From: Lentisphaeria bacterium
GTDB lineage: Bacteria; Verrucomicrobiota; Lentisphaeria; JABSQK01; JAWLHB01
DNA: 56,260 nt
Assembly (NCBI GenBank): GCA_041690595.1
Contig: JAWLHB010000051.1
Span: 1-56,260 of the forward strand
Direction of reading: 5' to 3'
Made by a program: the position numbers and the translations under genes. Each line of letters begins with the position of its first letter. Position 1 is the stretch's first letter. The notes beneath the pieces were generated by a model, which saw only the letters and a program-made list of their open reading frames with translations, had not been told where the DNA came from and did not search any database. This document shows, one piece after another, positions 9,969 through 20,682 of this stretch.

Positions 9969-12454
9969 TGAGGCGCATGTCAGCAGTCATCGTGCTTGTC
10001 ATGCTGGTGGCTGGCGCCTCGCATGGAGCGGTTCTCGCGCGGGATGGCAAACCGGCCATGGTCATCGCCGTTTCCGCGGAGGCCACGGCGCCTGAGCAGT
10101 TTGCCGTGGAGGAGCTGGCGCTTCACTTGGAGCAGATCGTTGGCGCTCCCTTCGTTGTCGTCCCCGAGAGCGATCTGGCAACGGATGCCATGGCGATCCA
10201 TGTCGGCCATACCCGTTTTGCGGCGGAATCGGGGATCGATGTGGCAGCCCTCGGGGCCGAGGAATGGTTGCTGCGCACGGTGGGAGATCAGCTGATCCTG
10301 ACCGGCGGGCGCCCTCGCGGGACCCTTTATGCGGTCTACGAGTTTCTCGATCGCGAGTTGGGGGTGGCCTGGCTGAGCGAGGAGGTGACGCTCCTGCCGA
10401 AACGTCCGGAGTTGACGATCGGCCACGTGGACCGCCAGGGGGCTCCGGCCTTTGGTTTCGAGCGCTACGTGCATACGGATGTGCGCGCGATGAATCATGT
10501 AGCGGAGTACATCGAGCTGATGGACCGCTTTCACTCGCGCAACCGGATCGGCTCGGCGGCGTGGCTGGCAAACAAGCCCCGGCACGGGGTGGAGCGATTT
10601 GGAACGCCCGGCAACTGCCATACGTTCTATCCGTATCTGCCGCCAGACGACTACTTCGAGAAGCACCCCGAGTGGTATTCGCTGAACGTCAACGGAGATC
10701 GCATGCGTGGCGGGGGGCAGCTCTGCCTGACCAATACCGAGATGCGCGCGGAGCTGATCCGGCGGCTGCGCGGATTCATCGAGCAGGATCGCGAGCGGGC
10801 CGCCAAGGAGGGCATGCCGCCGCCGGTTCGCTACGATGTGAGCATGAACGACTACCATAACATGTGCCAGTGCCCGGAATGCCGCGCGATCGTCACGCGG
10901 GAAGAGGCCGAATCCGGGCTGGTGCTCGACTTCGTCAATGCCATTGCCGCTGACATCGCCGGCGACTTTCCGGAGCTTTCGCTGACCACCTTTGCCTACA
11001 GCCTGACGATTCGGCCGCCGAAGACGATTCGGCCCAGAGAGAACGTGATCATCAAGCTGGCCTATCTGGCGGATGGCAGGACTGGGCACAACTGGCGTGA
11101 TCCGACGCGTTCGTTGAGCCATCCCTGCCACGATGCCCACCGGCAGGCTACGCTTGGGTGGCTTGATCTGGGGGCGCGCATTCATGTCTGGGACTATTGG
11201 CGCTTCTTTCTTGGGGATGCCTTCGAGACACCCTATACGCGAGTCAAGCTGATCCAGGGGGACCTTCAGTACTTGAACCAGCTCGGCGTGAAGGATGGCT
11301 GCTTCGTGGAGTTCTACGGGGCGGATCGCGTGAGCTTTTTTGCGTTGACGCGCTGGTTGGGGATCACCCTGATGAACGATCCGTACCGGGAGGTGGAGCC
11401 GCTGATCACGCGTTTCATGGAGGCTTGGTATGGTCCCGCGGCGGGACCGATGCGGGAATGGCTGGAGTACCTGCACCGGCGCCTGGCGGAGAATCCCGAG
11501 TGCCTGACCGGTACGCCGGTCTATCGGCGCGACTATATGGACATGAACTTCTTTCTGGATGCCTATGCGTTCTTCGACAAGGGGGAGGCGCTCTGCGCAC
11601 CCGGGTCCGTGGAGCTGGTGCGGCTCTGGAACGAGCGGATGCCGGTGGATACCGCGCTGCTGGGGCTATGGGACAAGCTGACGCGCGACGTTGGCGCGGA
11701 TGCCGCCATGCCTTGGGACCGTACGCAGATTCTCGAACGGTATGCCGCCCAGAAGCGGGACGTCCTGAAGTCTCTCCATCTGCCGCAGACCCTTGCGGGT
11801 GCTTTGACGAAGCACGACAGCGAGGTGGAGCGGCTGCGCCTGCAGATGGAGCAGCCGCCGCTGCCTGCCGCCTTCCGGGGATTGCCGCCCGGCGACGTGG
11901 TGGACATCCTGCGGTTGGCTGGCTGGGATGCTCCGCATCATCACCGCAAGGTCGTTCAGGATGCGGGATCGCCCGGCGGCGTGGCCATCCGCCTGGACAT
12001 CACCAAGTTGGGCGAAACGGGTAAGACGGTGCCCTTGGGCGTCTGGTCGCCCGGGCATTTCGGTCCGACGTTGACGTTGACACCGCCGGCTGCCGCGGGG
12101 ACGGAGCACGAGTGGTTCGAGGAGGGGCTGGGGGAAGTCCGGCGTGGTCTGCGGGCGGACATACCTCAGGATGAAGCGTTTCACTGGTATAAGCTTGGCC
12201 CCTTCACGGTTCGGCCGGGGACGCTGGTGCATGCGCACCGCACCTGGTACTTGAGCATGCCGGGACTTGACCGGCCACTGATGCTGGGTTACCCTGAGGA
12301 GGAGTGGTACATCTTCGTCGCGTTCAAACTGGAGGGGCCGGCCTATGTTGCCGGCTCGACGAGGGAGGACGCGCTTTCTATCGGTCGAGTCATCCTGGTG
12401 CGTGCCGGCAGCCCGACGGCGGGCGACTTCATGCCCGAGATGACGCTTGACTGA
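9968..12454 (+). CDS. DUF4838-domain secreted putative glycoside hydrolase
   Basis: ATG overlaps the upstream stop (TGATG), with a signal peptide. Motifs GGRPRGTLYAVYEFL, HTFYPYLPPDDYFEKHPEWYSL, QLCLTN, CQCPEC, TFAY, VWDY. Confidence 0.82.
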   Translation: MRRMSAVIVLVMLVAGASHGAVLARDGKPAMVIAVSAEATAPEQFAVEELALHLEQIVGAPFVVVPESDLATDAMAIHVGHTRFAAESGIDVAALGAEEWLLRTVGDQLILTGGRPRGTLYAVYEFLDRELGVAWLSEEVTLLPKRPELTIGHVDRQGAPAFGFERYVHTDVRAMNHVAEYIELMDRFHSRNRIGSAAWLANKPRHGVERFGTPGNCHTFYPYLPPDDYFEKHPEWYSLNVNGDRMRGGGQLCLTNTEMRAELIRRLRGFIEQDRERAAKEGMPPPVRYDVSMNDYHNMCQCPECRAIVTREEAESGLVLDFVNAIAADIAGDFPELSLTTFAYSLTIRPPKTIRPRENVIIKLAYLADGRTGHNWRDPTRSLSHPCHDAHRQATLGWLDLGARIHVWDYWRFFLGDAFETPYTRVKLIQGDLQYLNQLGVKDGCFVEFYGADRVSFFALTRWLGITLMNDPYREVEPLITRFMEAWYGPAAGPMREWLEYLHRRLAENPECLTGTPVYRRDYMDMNFFLDAYAFFDKGEALCAPGSVELVRLWNERMPVDTALLGLWDKLTRDVGADAAMPWDRTQILERYAAQKRDVLKSLHLPQTLAGALTKHDSEVERLRLQMEQPPLPAAFRGLPPGDVVDILRLAGWDAPHHHRKVVQDAGSPGGVAIRLDITKLGETGKTVPLGVWSPGHFGPTLTLTPPAAAGTEHEWFEEGLGEVRRGLRADIPQDEAFHWYKLGPFTVRPGTLVHAHRTWYLSMPGLDRPLMLGYPEEEWYIFVAFKLEGPAYVAGSTREDALSIGRVILVRAGSPTAGDFMPEMTLD

Positions 12455-12493
12455 TCTGTGGTGAATGTGGATACATCGAGAACTCGAAGGACA

Positions 12494-13570
12494 ATGCAGA
12501 TGAAGGTAGGGATATTGGGGACCGGGGGCATGGGACGCACGGTGTGCAGACACTTGCGGGAATGCCCCGAGGTAGAAGGTATTATCGGTTATGACATCAG
12601 CGCAGAGATGCGGGATCGGGCTGTGCGGGATTGCGGTATAACCGCCGTCGATACGGTTGAAGCAGCCCTTGGCGACGAGGTGAAGCTGGTCTTTGTGACT
12701 GCCTCGAATGAGGCACACAAGGAGTTGGTGCTGGCAGCGTTGAAGGCTGGAAAGGCGGTCATGTGCGAGAAGCCGATCGCGACGACGCTGGAGGATGCCG
12801 AGGAGATGGTCACGACGGCGGAGAGGCTCGGCGGGTGGTTTCAAGTGGGCTTCGAGCTGCGTTACTCGCGGCTTTATTCTCAGGTGAAGGAATGGGTCGA
12901 TGCTGGGCTGCTGGGTGATGTGGTGAGCACGCATTGCCTTTATGGTTCAAGCGCCTATACCCGGAATGCCTGGCGCAATCTAAAGGGTGCTGGTGGCAAT
13001 ACCTTCGGGGAACGGCTGAGCCACTATGTGGACCTTACCCGCTGGTGGGTCGGCTCCGAGGTGAGGGAGGTCTTTTCGGCCTGCGCACCGAATGTCGTGG
13101 CGTATACGGAGGTTCGGGATAACTACCACACCACGTATACCTTCGAGAGTGGGGCGGTCAGTCATCTCTCCTACTTCATGAACTTTCCGGCCACCTTCAA
13201 GGGGGATGCCCTCTCGGACAATATCACGGATCTGCAATTGGGTGATGGGCATGAGCTGCGGTTCATCATCGTCGGCACGAAAGGGGCTGCCGAATCGGAT
13301 GTCTTCCTGCGCCGCATCAAGCGCTGGGCCTTCATCGACACACCCGAGCGGATGGAGAGCGAGTGGGTGGAGGATCTGACGTGGACACCGGCAGAGGATC
13401 ATACCTACTACCACAACACCTCGAGCCAGACGCGCGACATCGTTCGACGAGTGGCCGGGAATCTGCCGCCGATGACACCCGCTCGCGATGCCCTGCAGAC
13501 CATGCGTCTTTGCTTTGCCGCGGAGAAATCGGCTGACGAGAGGCGCGCGGTCAAGCTCGCGGAGTTATAA
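12494..13570 (+). CDS. Gfo/Idh/MocA family oxidoreductase
   Basis: GILGTGGMG Rossmann motif, VMCEKP, VGFELRY. Confidence 0.9.
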   Translation: MQMKVGILGTGGMGRTVCRHLRECPEVEGIIGYDISAEMRDRAVRDCGITAVDTVEAALGDEVKLVFVTASNEAHKELVLAALKAGKAVMCEKPIATTLEDAEEMVTTAERLGGWFQVGFELRYSRLYSQVKEWVDAGLLGDVVSTHCLYGSSAYTRNAWRNLKGAGGNTFGERLSHYVDLTRWWVGSEVREVFSACAPNVVAYTEVRDNYHTTYTFESGAVSHLSYFMNFPATFKGDALSDNITDLQLGDGHELRFIIVGTKGAAESDVFLRRIKRWAFIDTPERMESEWVEDLTWTPAEDHTYYHNTSSQTRDIVRRVAGNLPPMTPARDALQTMRLCFAAEKSADERRAVKLAEL

Positions 13571-13656
13571 GGGAATATTCGGCCGGTTGCGGGAATGGGC
13601 TTGCACGGGCAGTGGAGGCTGCTACTCTTCCGCATACCTCAAACGGGAGAATGCAC

Positions 13657-14829
13657 ATGGGCATCAGTATTGGACTTGTGGGTCTTGGTTCATTCGGCAG
13701 CGCGTTTGCGAATCTCTTCAAGCGGCATCCGCTGGTCGACCGCGTTGGTCTCTGCGATACGGAGCCGGAGCGAGTGGCGGCTTTCGCCAACCGCGCGGAC
13801 TGGAAAGACAAGTTCAATCCTCGTGATGCCTATGAGTCGCTGGACGCGATCTGTGCCAGCGATTTCGATGCACTGGTGATCATCACGCAGCACTGGCTGC
13901 ACGCGCCGCAATGCCTTCAGGCTTTGGAGTCGGGCAAGCACGTTTACAGTGCGGTGCCGATCATCTGCATTCCCGACGGTAACGAGATCCTCGACTGGTG
14001 CGACAAGCTGGTCAATGCGGTCGGACGTACGGGAAAGCGCTACATGCTGGGGGAGACGACCTGCTACCATGCGGATGCCATGTACTGCCGGCGCCGTGCC
14101 GCCGATTTCGGCGCCTTCACCTACAGCGAGGGCGAGTACTTCCATGCCTTCGACAGCCCGGGCTGCGACCTGCGCAAGGTGTTGGCTCACCGCCGCAACA
14201 GCACGTGTGGGCGTGAGTACGACGCGATCTGGAAGAGCTACAAGGAGCGGGGCATCAGCAATGGGCCGATGCACTATCCCACACACTCTGTCAGTGGCCC
14301 GATGTGGGTCATGGGGGCGCACGCCAAGAGAGTCTGCTGCTGGGGGACGCCGCCGGTCACCGACGATCCGTACTTTCCCGAGAGCGGTGAAGTCTTCAGC
14401 AACGAAACAGCTCTCTTCCAGATGAGCAACGGCTCCACGATGCGGATCTGCGAGCACCGGGAGATCGGTGGTGTCGGCCGCGAGACCTTCCGGGTCTACG
14501 GTACGAAAGGCAGCTACGAGAATCGTCTCTGGCGCACGCATCAGGGAACAGAAGAGCTCAGTGATGCATCGATGCGCGATCCCCTGCCGCCAGAGGTGGC
14601 GGCCGCGTGGCGCAACACCGAGACCGATTCGGTGGAGTACGGTGGGCATGGCGGTTCGCACGCGTATCTCGTCCACGAGTTTGTCGATGCCATTGCGCAT
14701 GATCGGCAACCGTCGATCAACATCTGGCAGGCGGCGCGCTTCGTGGCAGCTGGGGTTGCCGCGCATCAATCGGCGCTACGCGACGGGGAGATTCTGCCGG
14801 TCACCGACTGGGGCGATGCGCCGGAATGA
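13657..14829 (+). CDS. Gfo/Idh/MocA family oxidoreductase
   Basis: IGLVGLGSFG, GKHVYSAVP, YMLGET, YPTH, GGHGGSH; RBS GGGAGA. Confidence 0.88.
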   Translation: MGISIGLVGLGSFGSAFANLFKRHPLVDRVGLCDTEPERVAAFANRADWKDKFNPRDAYESLDAICASDFDALVIITQHWLHAPQCLQALESGKHVYSAVPIICIPDGNEILDWCDKLVNAVGRTGKRYMLGETTCYHADAMYCRRRAADFGAFTYSEGEYFHAFDSPGCDLRKVLAHRRNSTCGREYDAIWKSYKERGISNGPMHYPTHSVSGPMWVMGAHAKRVCCWGTPPVTDDPYFPESGEVFSNETALFQMSNGSTMRICEHREIGGVGRETFRVYGTKGSYENRLWRTHQGTEELSDASMRDPLPPEVAAAWRNTETDSVEYGGHGGSHAYLVHEFVDAIAHDRQPSINIWQAARFVAAGVAAHQSALRDGEILPVTDWGDAPE

Positions 14830-14857
14830 TGAGCATGGCTTGATCAGCAGGGCGTCC

Positions 14858-15607
14858 TTACCAGCCGCCGGAGGCTCCGCCTCCAGAGAAGCCGCCGCCG
14901 CCACCCGAGAAACCGCCGCCAAAGCCGCCGCCGCCACGGAAGCCACCTCCGAAACCGCCACGATGCTGGCTCGCGTAGTAGGCGCCGCCGATGATGACGG
15001 ATCTGCCATGCCGACCAAAGCGCGCGAACGAGCCGAAGAGGATCATGATGAAAAAGAGGAGGAGGATGAATCCGCCCGGTCGGCGTTGTGGCTGAGCTGA
15101 CGGCTGGTGAAGCTGATAGCCGCTGAGCGGCTGCCCGGTGATGTGACGGGTGGCGCCATCGATCACGGACAGGATGCCGGCGTGGTATTGCTGCTGGCGA
15201 AAATAAGGCTGCATGCCACGCAGGAGATCGCCGGCCCGGGCATCGTTGATCGATCCTTCGAGACCCTGCCCGACTTCCAGTCGAGTCTGGCGCTCCTTGA
15301 GGGCAATGATCAGGATGAGGCCGTCGTCGCGCTCCTTGTCGCCAAGCTGCCAGGTATCCGCCACGCGAATGCCGAAGCTTTCGATGGCGTCATTGGCGAG
15401 TTCGGGCACGATAAGGACCGCCATCTGGGCGCCGGTCTGCTGCTCAAACTGCTTCAAGGCGGCATCGAGTTGCTGCTTCTGGCTGTCGTTGAGGAGCTTT
15501 GCCTGGTCGACGAGGCGCCCGCTGAGAGCAGGGACCGGCTGCTGGCCCATAACGACAAAGGTGCACAGCAGGGCGAGTGAGAGGCAGAATCGACGTACAG
15601 GATGCAT
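14858..15607 (-). CDS. TPM-domain protein (YgcG-like) with Gly-rich C-terminus
   Basis: LVDQAKLL, IESFGIRVADTWQLGDKERDDGLIL, RLEVGQGLEG, terminal GGGGGFSGGGASGGW. Confidence 0.9.
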   Translation of the reverse strand: MHPVRRFCLSLALLCTFVVMGQQPVPALSGRLVDQAKLLNDSQKQQLDAALKQFEQQTGAQMAVLIVPELANDAIESFGIRVADTWQLGDKERDDGLILIIALKERQTRLEVGQGLEGSINDARAGDLLRGMQPYFRQQQYHAGILSVIDGATRHITGQPLSGYQLHQPSAQPQRRPGGFILLLFFIMILFGSFARFGRHGRSVIIGGAYYASQHRGGFGGGFRGGGGFGGGFSGGGGGFSGGGASGGW

Positions 15608-16047
15608 CAATGGTTTTCCCCGTCGTCGACATGAATCTCGTCGCTCAACTCGTTGACATCGTCTTTCTGCCATGGGAACCAGGCGGAGAGCTGGCGGCCG
15701 ATTTCGGCGATGCCGGCTTCCAACCCACCGACGATGTCGTCCTGGGCGAACCTGGCGGTCATGATGGCGACGGTGCTTTCCCAGAAGTCATCCGGCACCT
15801 TGGCATCGATGCCTTCATCGCCGAGGATGGCAAGCTTGTGGTCGCGATAAGCGAGCATGATGAGGACGCCATTCCGTGCTTCCGTAGCCTGAAGCCCCTT
15901 CTTGATGAAGAAGGCTTTGGCCGCTTCGTAGATGTCCCCTTTGGTGTGTCTGGTCAGGCAAACGACAATCTCGCCGCTGGTCTGACGCTCGGCCGAGGCC
16001 ACGGCATCCTGCAAGCGCTGACGCTGGGCAGCAGAGAGAAAGCCCAT
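15607..16047 (-). CDS. TPM-domain protein
   Basis: AERQTSGEIVV, RNGVLI, ILGDEGIDAKV, DVNELSDEI. Confidence 0.9.
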   Translation of the reverse strand: MGFLSAAQRQRLQDAVASAERQTSGEIVVCLTRHTKGDIYEAAKAFFIKKGLQATEARNGVLIMLAYRDHKLAILGDEGIDAKVPDDFWESTVAIMTARFAQDDIVGGLEAGIAEIGRQLSAWFPWQKDDVNELSDEIHVDDGENH

Positions 16048-16625
16048 CAGTTCTCTCCGAAACGGACTTCTGGCACGGCACGCGCTGCTTCGTCTTTTGC
16101 CTCGAAGTAGGCACGCTTCTCCATGTTGAGCATGCTGGCGAAGATCACCGCGGGGATCTTGCGGATTCTGGCGTTGAAATCGGCCACGGCTTCATTGTAG
16201 CGGCTACGGGCGACAGCGATGCGGTTCTCGGTGCCGGCCAGCTCATCCTGCAGGCGGAGGAAATTGGTGTCGGCTTTCAGGTTCGGGTAGTTTTCAGCGA
16301 TGGCGAGCAGTCGTCCCAGCGCGGAATTGAACTGGCCCGCGGCCTCGGCCTTGGCTTCAACGCCTGAGGCGCCGAGCAGTCTGGAGCGAGCCTCGGCCAC
16401 ATTTTCGAAGATCTCCTGTTCATGGGCGGCATAGCCTTTGACGGTCTCGACGAGGTTGGGGATGAGATCGGCCCGGCGCTGGAGCATGTTGTCGATCTCG
16501 CCCCATTGCATGTCGACCCGTTCCTGGCTGTTGACGAGGCTGTTGTAGGTTGCTACCCCACAACCGCCGAGGAGGAGCAGGATTATCACGGCGGAGATGC
16601 CGGCAATGAAACACCCGGTTTTCAT
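16047..16625 (-). CDS. lemA: LemA family protein
   Basis: QRRADLIPNLVETVKGYAAHE, ENYPNLKA, ELAGTENRIAVAR. Confidence 0.93.
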   Translation of the reverse strand: MKTGCFIAGISAVIILLLLGGCGVATYNSLVNSQERVDMQWGEIDNMLQRRADLIPNLVETVKGYAAHEQEIFENVAEARSRLLGASGVEAKAEAAGQFNSALGRLLAIAENYPNLKADTNFLRLQDELAGTENRIAVARSRYNEAVADFNARIRKIPAVIFASMLNMEKRAYFEAKDEAARAVPEVRFGEN

Positions 16626-16710
16626 GGTTCCTTCCTTGTGTTGGGATGCGTTATGAATAAAGGTTCGCGAATAGTGTAACCCCTATTGGCTGCCTTTCCA
16701 CTCCGGAAGC

Positions 16711-18447
16711 TCAGCCGGCGGCGGAGTGGGGCGGTGACATGCTCTCCACTCGCAAGAGGTGGCTGTGCATGATCTTCCACATCTCCTTGTCATCCACCGC
16801 CTCCAGAAGGGCCGTTCGAATGACCGGATTATAGAGGCCAAGGGCAATGGCGCGGAGGATGCGCAGTTGCATGCCTTTGTCGTCCACTGGTGTGATCAGC
16901 AGGAATATGAGATTGACGGGCAGACCGTCGGGGGTATTCCAAGGGATGCCGTGGGTGGAGCGGGCGACAGCGATGCGGGGGACGACGAGATCCGGGATGC
17001 GGCCGTGGGGCAGGGCGACGCCATGCTCAAGACCGGTGCTCATGGTCCCTTCACGCTCGAGGACGGCGGCGGTCATAGTTTCCGCCGTGACGCCGGGAGC
17101 CTGTGCGGCCAACGCGGTGCACATCTCGCGAATGGCGTCATCGCGATTGACGGACTGAAGGTTGGCGGTGAAGGTTTCGGGGGCGAAATAGTCGAGGGGG
17201 TTCCGCCGACGCTGGCGCTGGAGAGCCCATCGCATCCATGGCCCGAGCAGGATCGATGAGAGGACCGCACTGCAGACGATGGCGACAAAGACGCGCTGGG
17301 TGACGACGCCGTACTCGATGGCGAGAATGCCGATCACGATCTGCATTTCGCCGCCGGGGGTGTGGGCCGCGGAGATCAGGTGTTTGAGGATGCGCTGGCG
17401 GCCGGTGAGCATGACGCCCACCCAAGCGCCGGCAAAGCGGGCGCCAACACCGACAACGGTGAGGAAGAGGACGGCAGGGAGGTCGAAGTGAGCGATGAAG
17501 TCGATCTTGAGTCCGATGGTGGCGAAGAAGATGGGGACCATGGTGGCGCGGACGGTCTGGGAGATCAACTGACGGGTGTTTTCGGAGAGACTGCGGCATT
17601 CACCGGCCATGATGCCGACAATGAAGAAGCCGAAGAGGGCGTGGATGCCGATGGCCAGGGTGATCGCGCCGCCGAGAACACCGAGCAGGCAGATGGTGGT
17701 GAGGGAGGTGCCGGGCTCCGGCAACTCCCGCCGATGAAACCAGGTGAACAAGCGATTGGTAAGCCCCGTTCCGATGGTGAGACTGAAGGCCGCGAAGGCA
17801 AGCGTGGCGCCAACCACCAGTGGAATGTGGCTGAGCGGCATGCCGGCATCCGCCGCAAAGCTCAGAATCACCGCGAAGAGCACCCAGCCGGCCACGTCGT
17901 TGACCGTGAGGGCGCCCATCATGAGGACGCCGGCGTCGGTGCGATAGATGCCCAGTTCCTGGAGAACCCGTGCGGTCACGGGTAGCGCGCTGATAGTCAT
18001 GATGGTCCCGATGAAGAGGGCGAAGATGACGCGGGACTCGGGTGTTGTCAGGTAGTGGGCCGGAACGAAGAGGCAGAGCATGAAGCCGACAAAGAGCGGG
18101 ATGATCAGGTCTGATGCAGCGATGAGGAGTGCATCGCGGCGCTGGCGCCAAGCGGCGCCGAGATCGGTCTCGAGGCCGGTCTGAAGAAGGAAGAAGAGGA
18201 TGCCAAGCCAGGCGACAGTATCGAGCATGTAATGCTGGACGGCAGTATCGGGAAAGATGCGGCTATAGAAGTCCGGAGCAAACCGACCGAACAGGGTGGG
18301 GCCGCAGATAACGCCCACCAGAATCTCCGCGGTAATGGCGGGCTGACCGAAGCGCTGAAAGATGAGGCCGCCAACCCGCGCGAGACCGAGCAGGAGGCCG
18401 AACTGCAGGAGGAAGATCAGGATGGTCGATTCGTCCAGATAGTGCAA
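16711..18447 (-). CDS. Cation:proton antiporter (CPA2) fused to a C-terminal PTS EIIA domain
   Basis: Multi-TM with GQPAITAEILVGVICGP, ISALPVTARVL, NDVAGW; C-terminal EREGTMSTGLEHGVALPHGR; TTG start. Confidence 0.88.
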   Translation of the reverse strand: MHYLDESTILIFLLQFGLLLGLARVGGLIFQRFGQPAITAEILVGVICGPTLFGRFAPDFYSRIFPDTAVQHYMLDTVAWLGILFFLLQTGLETDLGAAWRQRRDALLIAASDLIIPLFVGFMLCLFVPAHYLTTPESRVIFALFIGTIMTISALPVTARVLQELGIYRTDAGVLMMGALTVNDVAGWVLFAVILSFAADAGMPLSHIPLVVGATLAFAAFSLTIGTGLTNRLFTWFHRRELPEPGTSLTTICLLGVLGGAITLAIGIHALFGFFIVGIMAGECRSLSENTRQLISQTVRATMVPIFFATIGLKIDFIAHFDLPAVLFLTVVGVGARFAGAWVGVMLTGRQRILKHLISAAHTPGGEMQIVIGILAIEYGVVTQRVFVAIVCSAVLSSILLGPWMRWALQRQRRRNPLDYFAPETFTANLQSVNRDDAIREMCTALAAQAPGVTAETMTAAVLEREGTMSTGLEHGVALPHGRIPDLVVPRIAVARSTHGIPWNTPDGLPVNLIFLLITPVDDKGMQLRILRAIALGLYNPVIRTALLEAVDDKEMWKIMHSHLLRVESMSPPHSAAG

Positions 18448-18595
18448 GGCGAGTCACTCGTGGTGGATCGATTGAGTAGGGGGCGGAACGCGGTGGCGCA
18501 GTACTATACATTGAGTTTGCCTGAGAGAAATGGACGGTCTGGACGGTCTGGACGGAGAGCAACTGGGGCTTTTGGGGGGTGTGCCTCCAAATGAC

Positions 18596-18638
18596 AAAAA
18601 GGAAGGTCCGGCGGTTTGGTTGGAAACCGCCGGACCTT
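18596..18638 (-). terminator. Rho-independent terminator after the MCP gene
   Basis: Perfect 15-bp stem AAGGTCCGGCGGTTT/AAACCGCCGGACCTT (18603-18638), followed on the minus strand by CCTTTTT. Confidence 0.75.
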
Positions 18639-18657
18639 TGTCCCTGCCCAAGGGATT

Positions 18658-20682
18658 TTAGAAGTCGCTGTCGTCACTCTTCAGGGGCAGGAAGGTTTCC
18701 GGAGAGTGGCTTCTGCCGTTCGTGCCGACGAGTTGCTTTTCCGTGTGAGGGCGCATGGGAGTATTGAAGCTCGGAGTATGTGCGGGTTGCTGGCGGCGGG
18801 GGGCGGCAGCATGAACCCGGTTAGTGTTCCGCTGGCTGCTTGTGACCAGATTGGCGCCGTTGGCGCCGCTGACGATGCCGACCAGTGCGGTGACCATCTC
18901 CTGCAGCTCGCTGGCCTGGGCGGAGAGTTCTTCGCTTGCCGAGGCGGACTCTTCGGAGGTTGCGGCGTTGGCCTGGGTCACCTGGTTCATCTGGTTGATG
19001 CCGATGTTGATCTGGTCGATGCCGCGGGCCTGTTCTTCACTGGCGGATGAGACTTCGCCGATCAACTGGCTCACCTGCTCGACCTGTTTGCCGATCTCGG
19101 CGAGCATTTCTTCGAGCATCTGATTGGTCTTGACGCCCTCTCCGGAATTCCTGACGGACTCTTCGATAAGGGAGGCGGTGGTCTTGGCCGCTTCGGCGCT
19201 ACGCTGAGCGAGATTACGCACCTCTTCGGCGACCACGGCAAAGCCTTTGCCTGCTTCTCCCGCGCGTGCAGCCTCGACGGCTGCATTGAGCGCGAGGAGG
19301 TTGGTCTGGAAGGCGATTTCGTCGATGGTCTTGACGATTTTGGCGGTCTGGTCGGAGGAGGATTGGATTTTGGCCATGGCCGCGCCCATGTCGGTCATTG
19401 CCTTATGGCCGCGCCTGGCGGCATCCAAGGCACCGCCTGCCGTGACATTTGCCTGGCGGGCATGCTCGGCGTTCTGGCCGGTCATGCTGGAGAGCTGCTC
19501 GAGTGCGGAGGAGGTTTCTTCAAGGGAGGATGCCTGCTCGTTAGCACCTTCAGCCATCTGCTGGCTGGATTGAGAAACCTGCTGGGATGCACTGCCGACC
19601 TGCTCGGCGCCTGAAGACAATCCTTGGATGACATTCTGGAGGCGGCTGGAAAGATTGCGGCTGCTTAGGAGGCCGAAGGTAAGGGCAAGCCCCGTTCCCA
19701 GAAGCATGCCAACAACTGCGGCAATTACTGCAATGCGGGATTCGCCGGCGGCATCCTTCAGTTCGTGCGTAGCGATTTCTTCATTGATCTCGATGACCTT
19801 GTTGAGCAGGGCGACAGATTCTTCCTGGGCAGCTCTGCCATCGACCATGGTCAAGCGGGTGATGTCCTGATTGAGCTGTTGAGCAAACGAGATCTGCTTA
19901 TCCAAGTCAGCGAAATCGAGGAAAACCGCCTCTCTGGCAGGCACGATCGTGCGGTGATAGAATTCTCTGGCTTCATCCAGCTTGTTCTCGCCAATCAGAC
20001 TCTTGAAGGTCCCGACACCGGCATGGAAGGTGGCATGGGGCGCGCGAATGCGAGTAAGAACCTGTGAAATTGCCGGGTTTGTAGTGGTATGGGTGTTCAG
20101 CCAACGGCCAAAGGCACACGCGTCTGCATTGTCACCACCGGCAAAAGCTTTGCCATCCGATTTGACGAGGTAGTCAAGGCATCTGGAAGAGAGCTGGTGA
20201 TGATCGGAGATGAAGCCGCGCATGGTTGCCTGAAGGGCATCCGGATTGGAGATGTCGAGTTTCTCCAACTCGGTCATGGCATTGACGATGGCAACGTTGA
20301 CTTCGCGCCATTTATCCAGAGCCGGAACGTAAGCCTTCCAGAGAGTGGCTTCTTCAGGGGCTTGGGGCAGAGTTTCGTACACATCGAGCTCGGCCTGATA
20401 CGCTTTTCGATTTGACGCGATGTTCTGCTTCTGGCGATCCCGATCAGAGGGATTCAAGCCTGGAATCAGTAATGTGCGTTGAGCGACGCGGATCGCCGTG
20501 ATGTGGCGATCAGCATTCAGCAGGCTTTCGATGCTCGGGAGGCAGACGTCGCCGATTTCATGAATATGCCCTGTAAGCTGCCGGACACTGACCCAACCGA
20601 TGGCTCCAACTATCAAGGTAATCAAGGCTACGAGTGAGAAGAGGCTGATGAGTTTGAACTTGAGCGATTTCTGGTTCCACAT
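18658..20682 (-). CDS. Methyl-accepting chemotaxis protein (4HB sensor with CZB-like insert)
   Basis: Two TM helices; signalling hairpin [38 protein letters not shown]-terminal DDSDF pentapeptide-like tail. Confidence 0.95.
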   Translation of the reverse strand: MWNQKSLKFKLISLFSLVALITLIVGAIGWVSVRQLTGHIHEIGDVCLPSIESLLNADRHITAIRVAQRTLLIPGLNPSDRDRQKQNIASNRKAYQAELDVYETLPQAPEEATLWKAYVPALDKWREVNVAIVNAMTELEKLDISNPDALQATMRGFISDHHQLSSRCLDYLVKSDGKAFAGGDNADACAFGRWLNTHTTTNPAISQVLTRIRAPHATFHAGVGTFKSLIGENKLDEAREFYHRTIVPAREAVFLDFADLDKQISFAQQLNQDITRLTMVDGRAAQEESVALLNKVIEINEEIATHELKDAAGESRIAVIAAVVGMLLGTGLALTFGLLSSRNLSSRLQNVIQGLSSGAEQVGSASQQVSQSSQQMAEGANEQASSLEETSSALEQLSSMTGQNAEHARQANVTAGGALDAARRGHKAMTDMGAAMAKIQSSSDQTAKIVKTIDEIAFQTNLLALNAAVEAARAGEAGKGFAVVAEEVRNLAQRSAEAAKTTASLIEESVRNSGEGVKTNQMLEEMLAEIGKQVEQVSQLIGEVSSASEEQARGIDQINIGINQMNQVTQANAATSEESASASEELSAQASELQEMVTALVGIVSGANGANLVTSSQRNTNRVHAAAPRRQQPAHTPSFNTPMRPHTEKQLVGTNGRSHSPETFLPLKSDDSDF

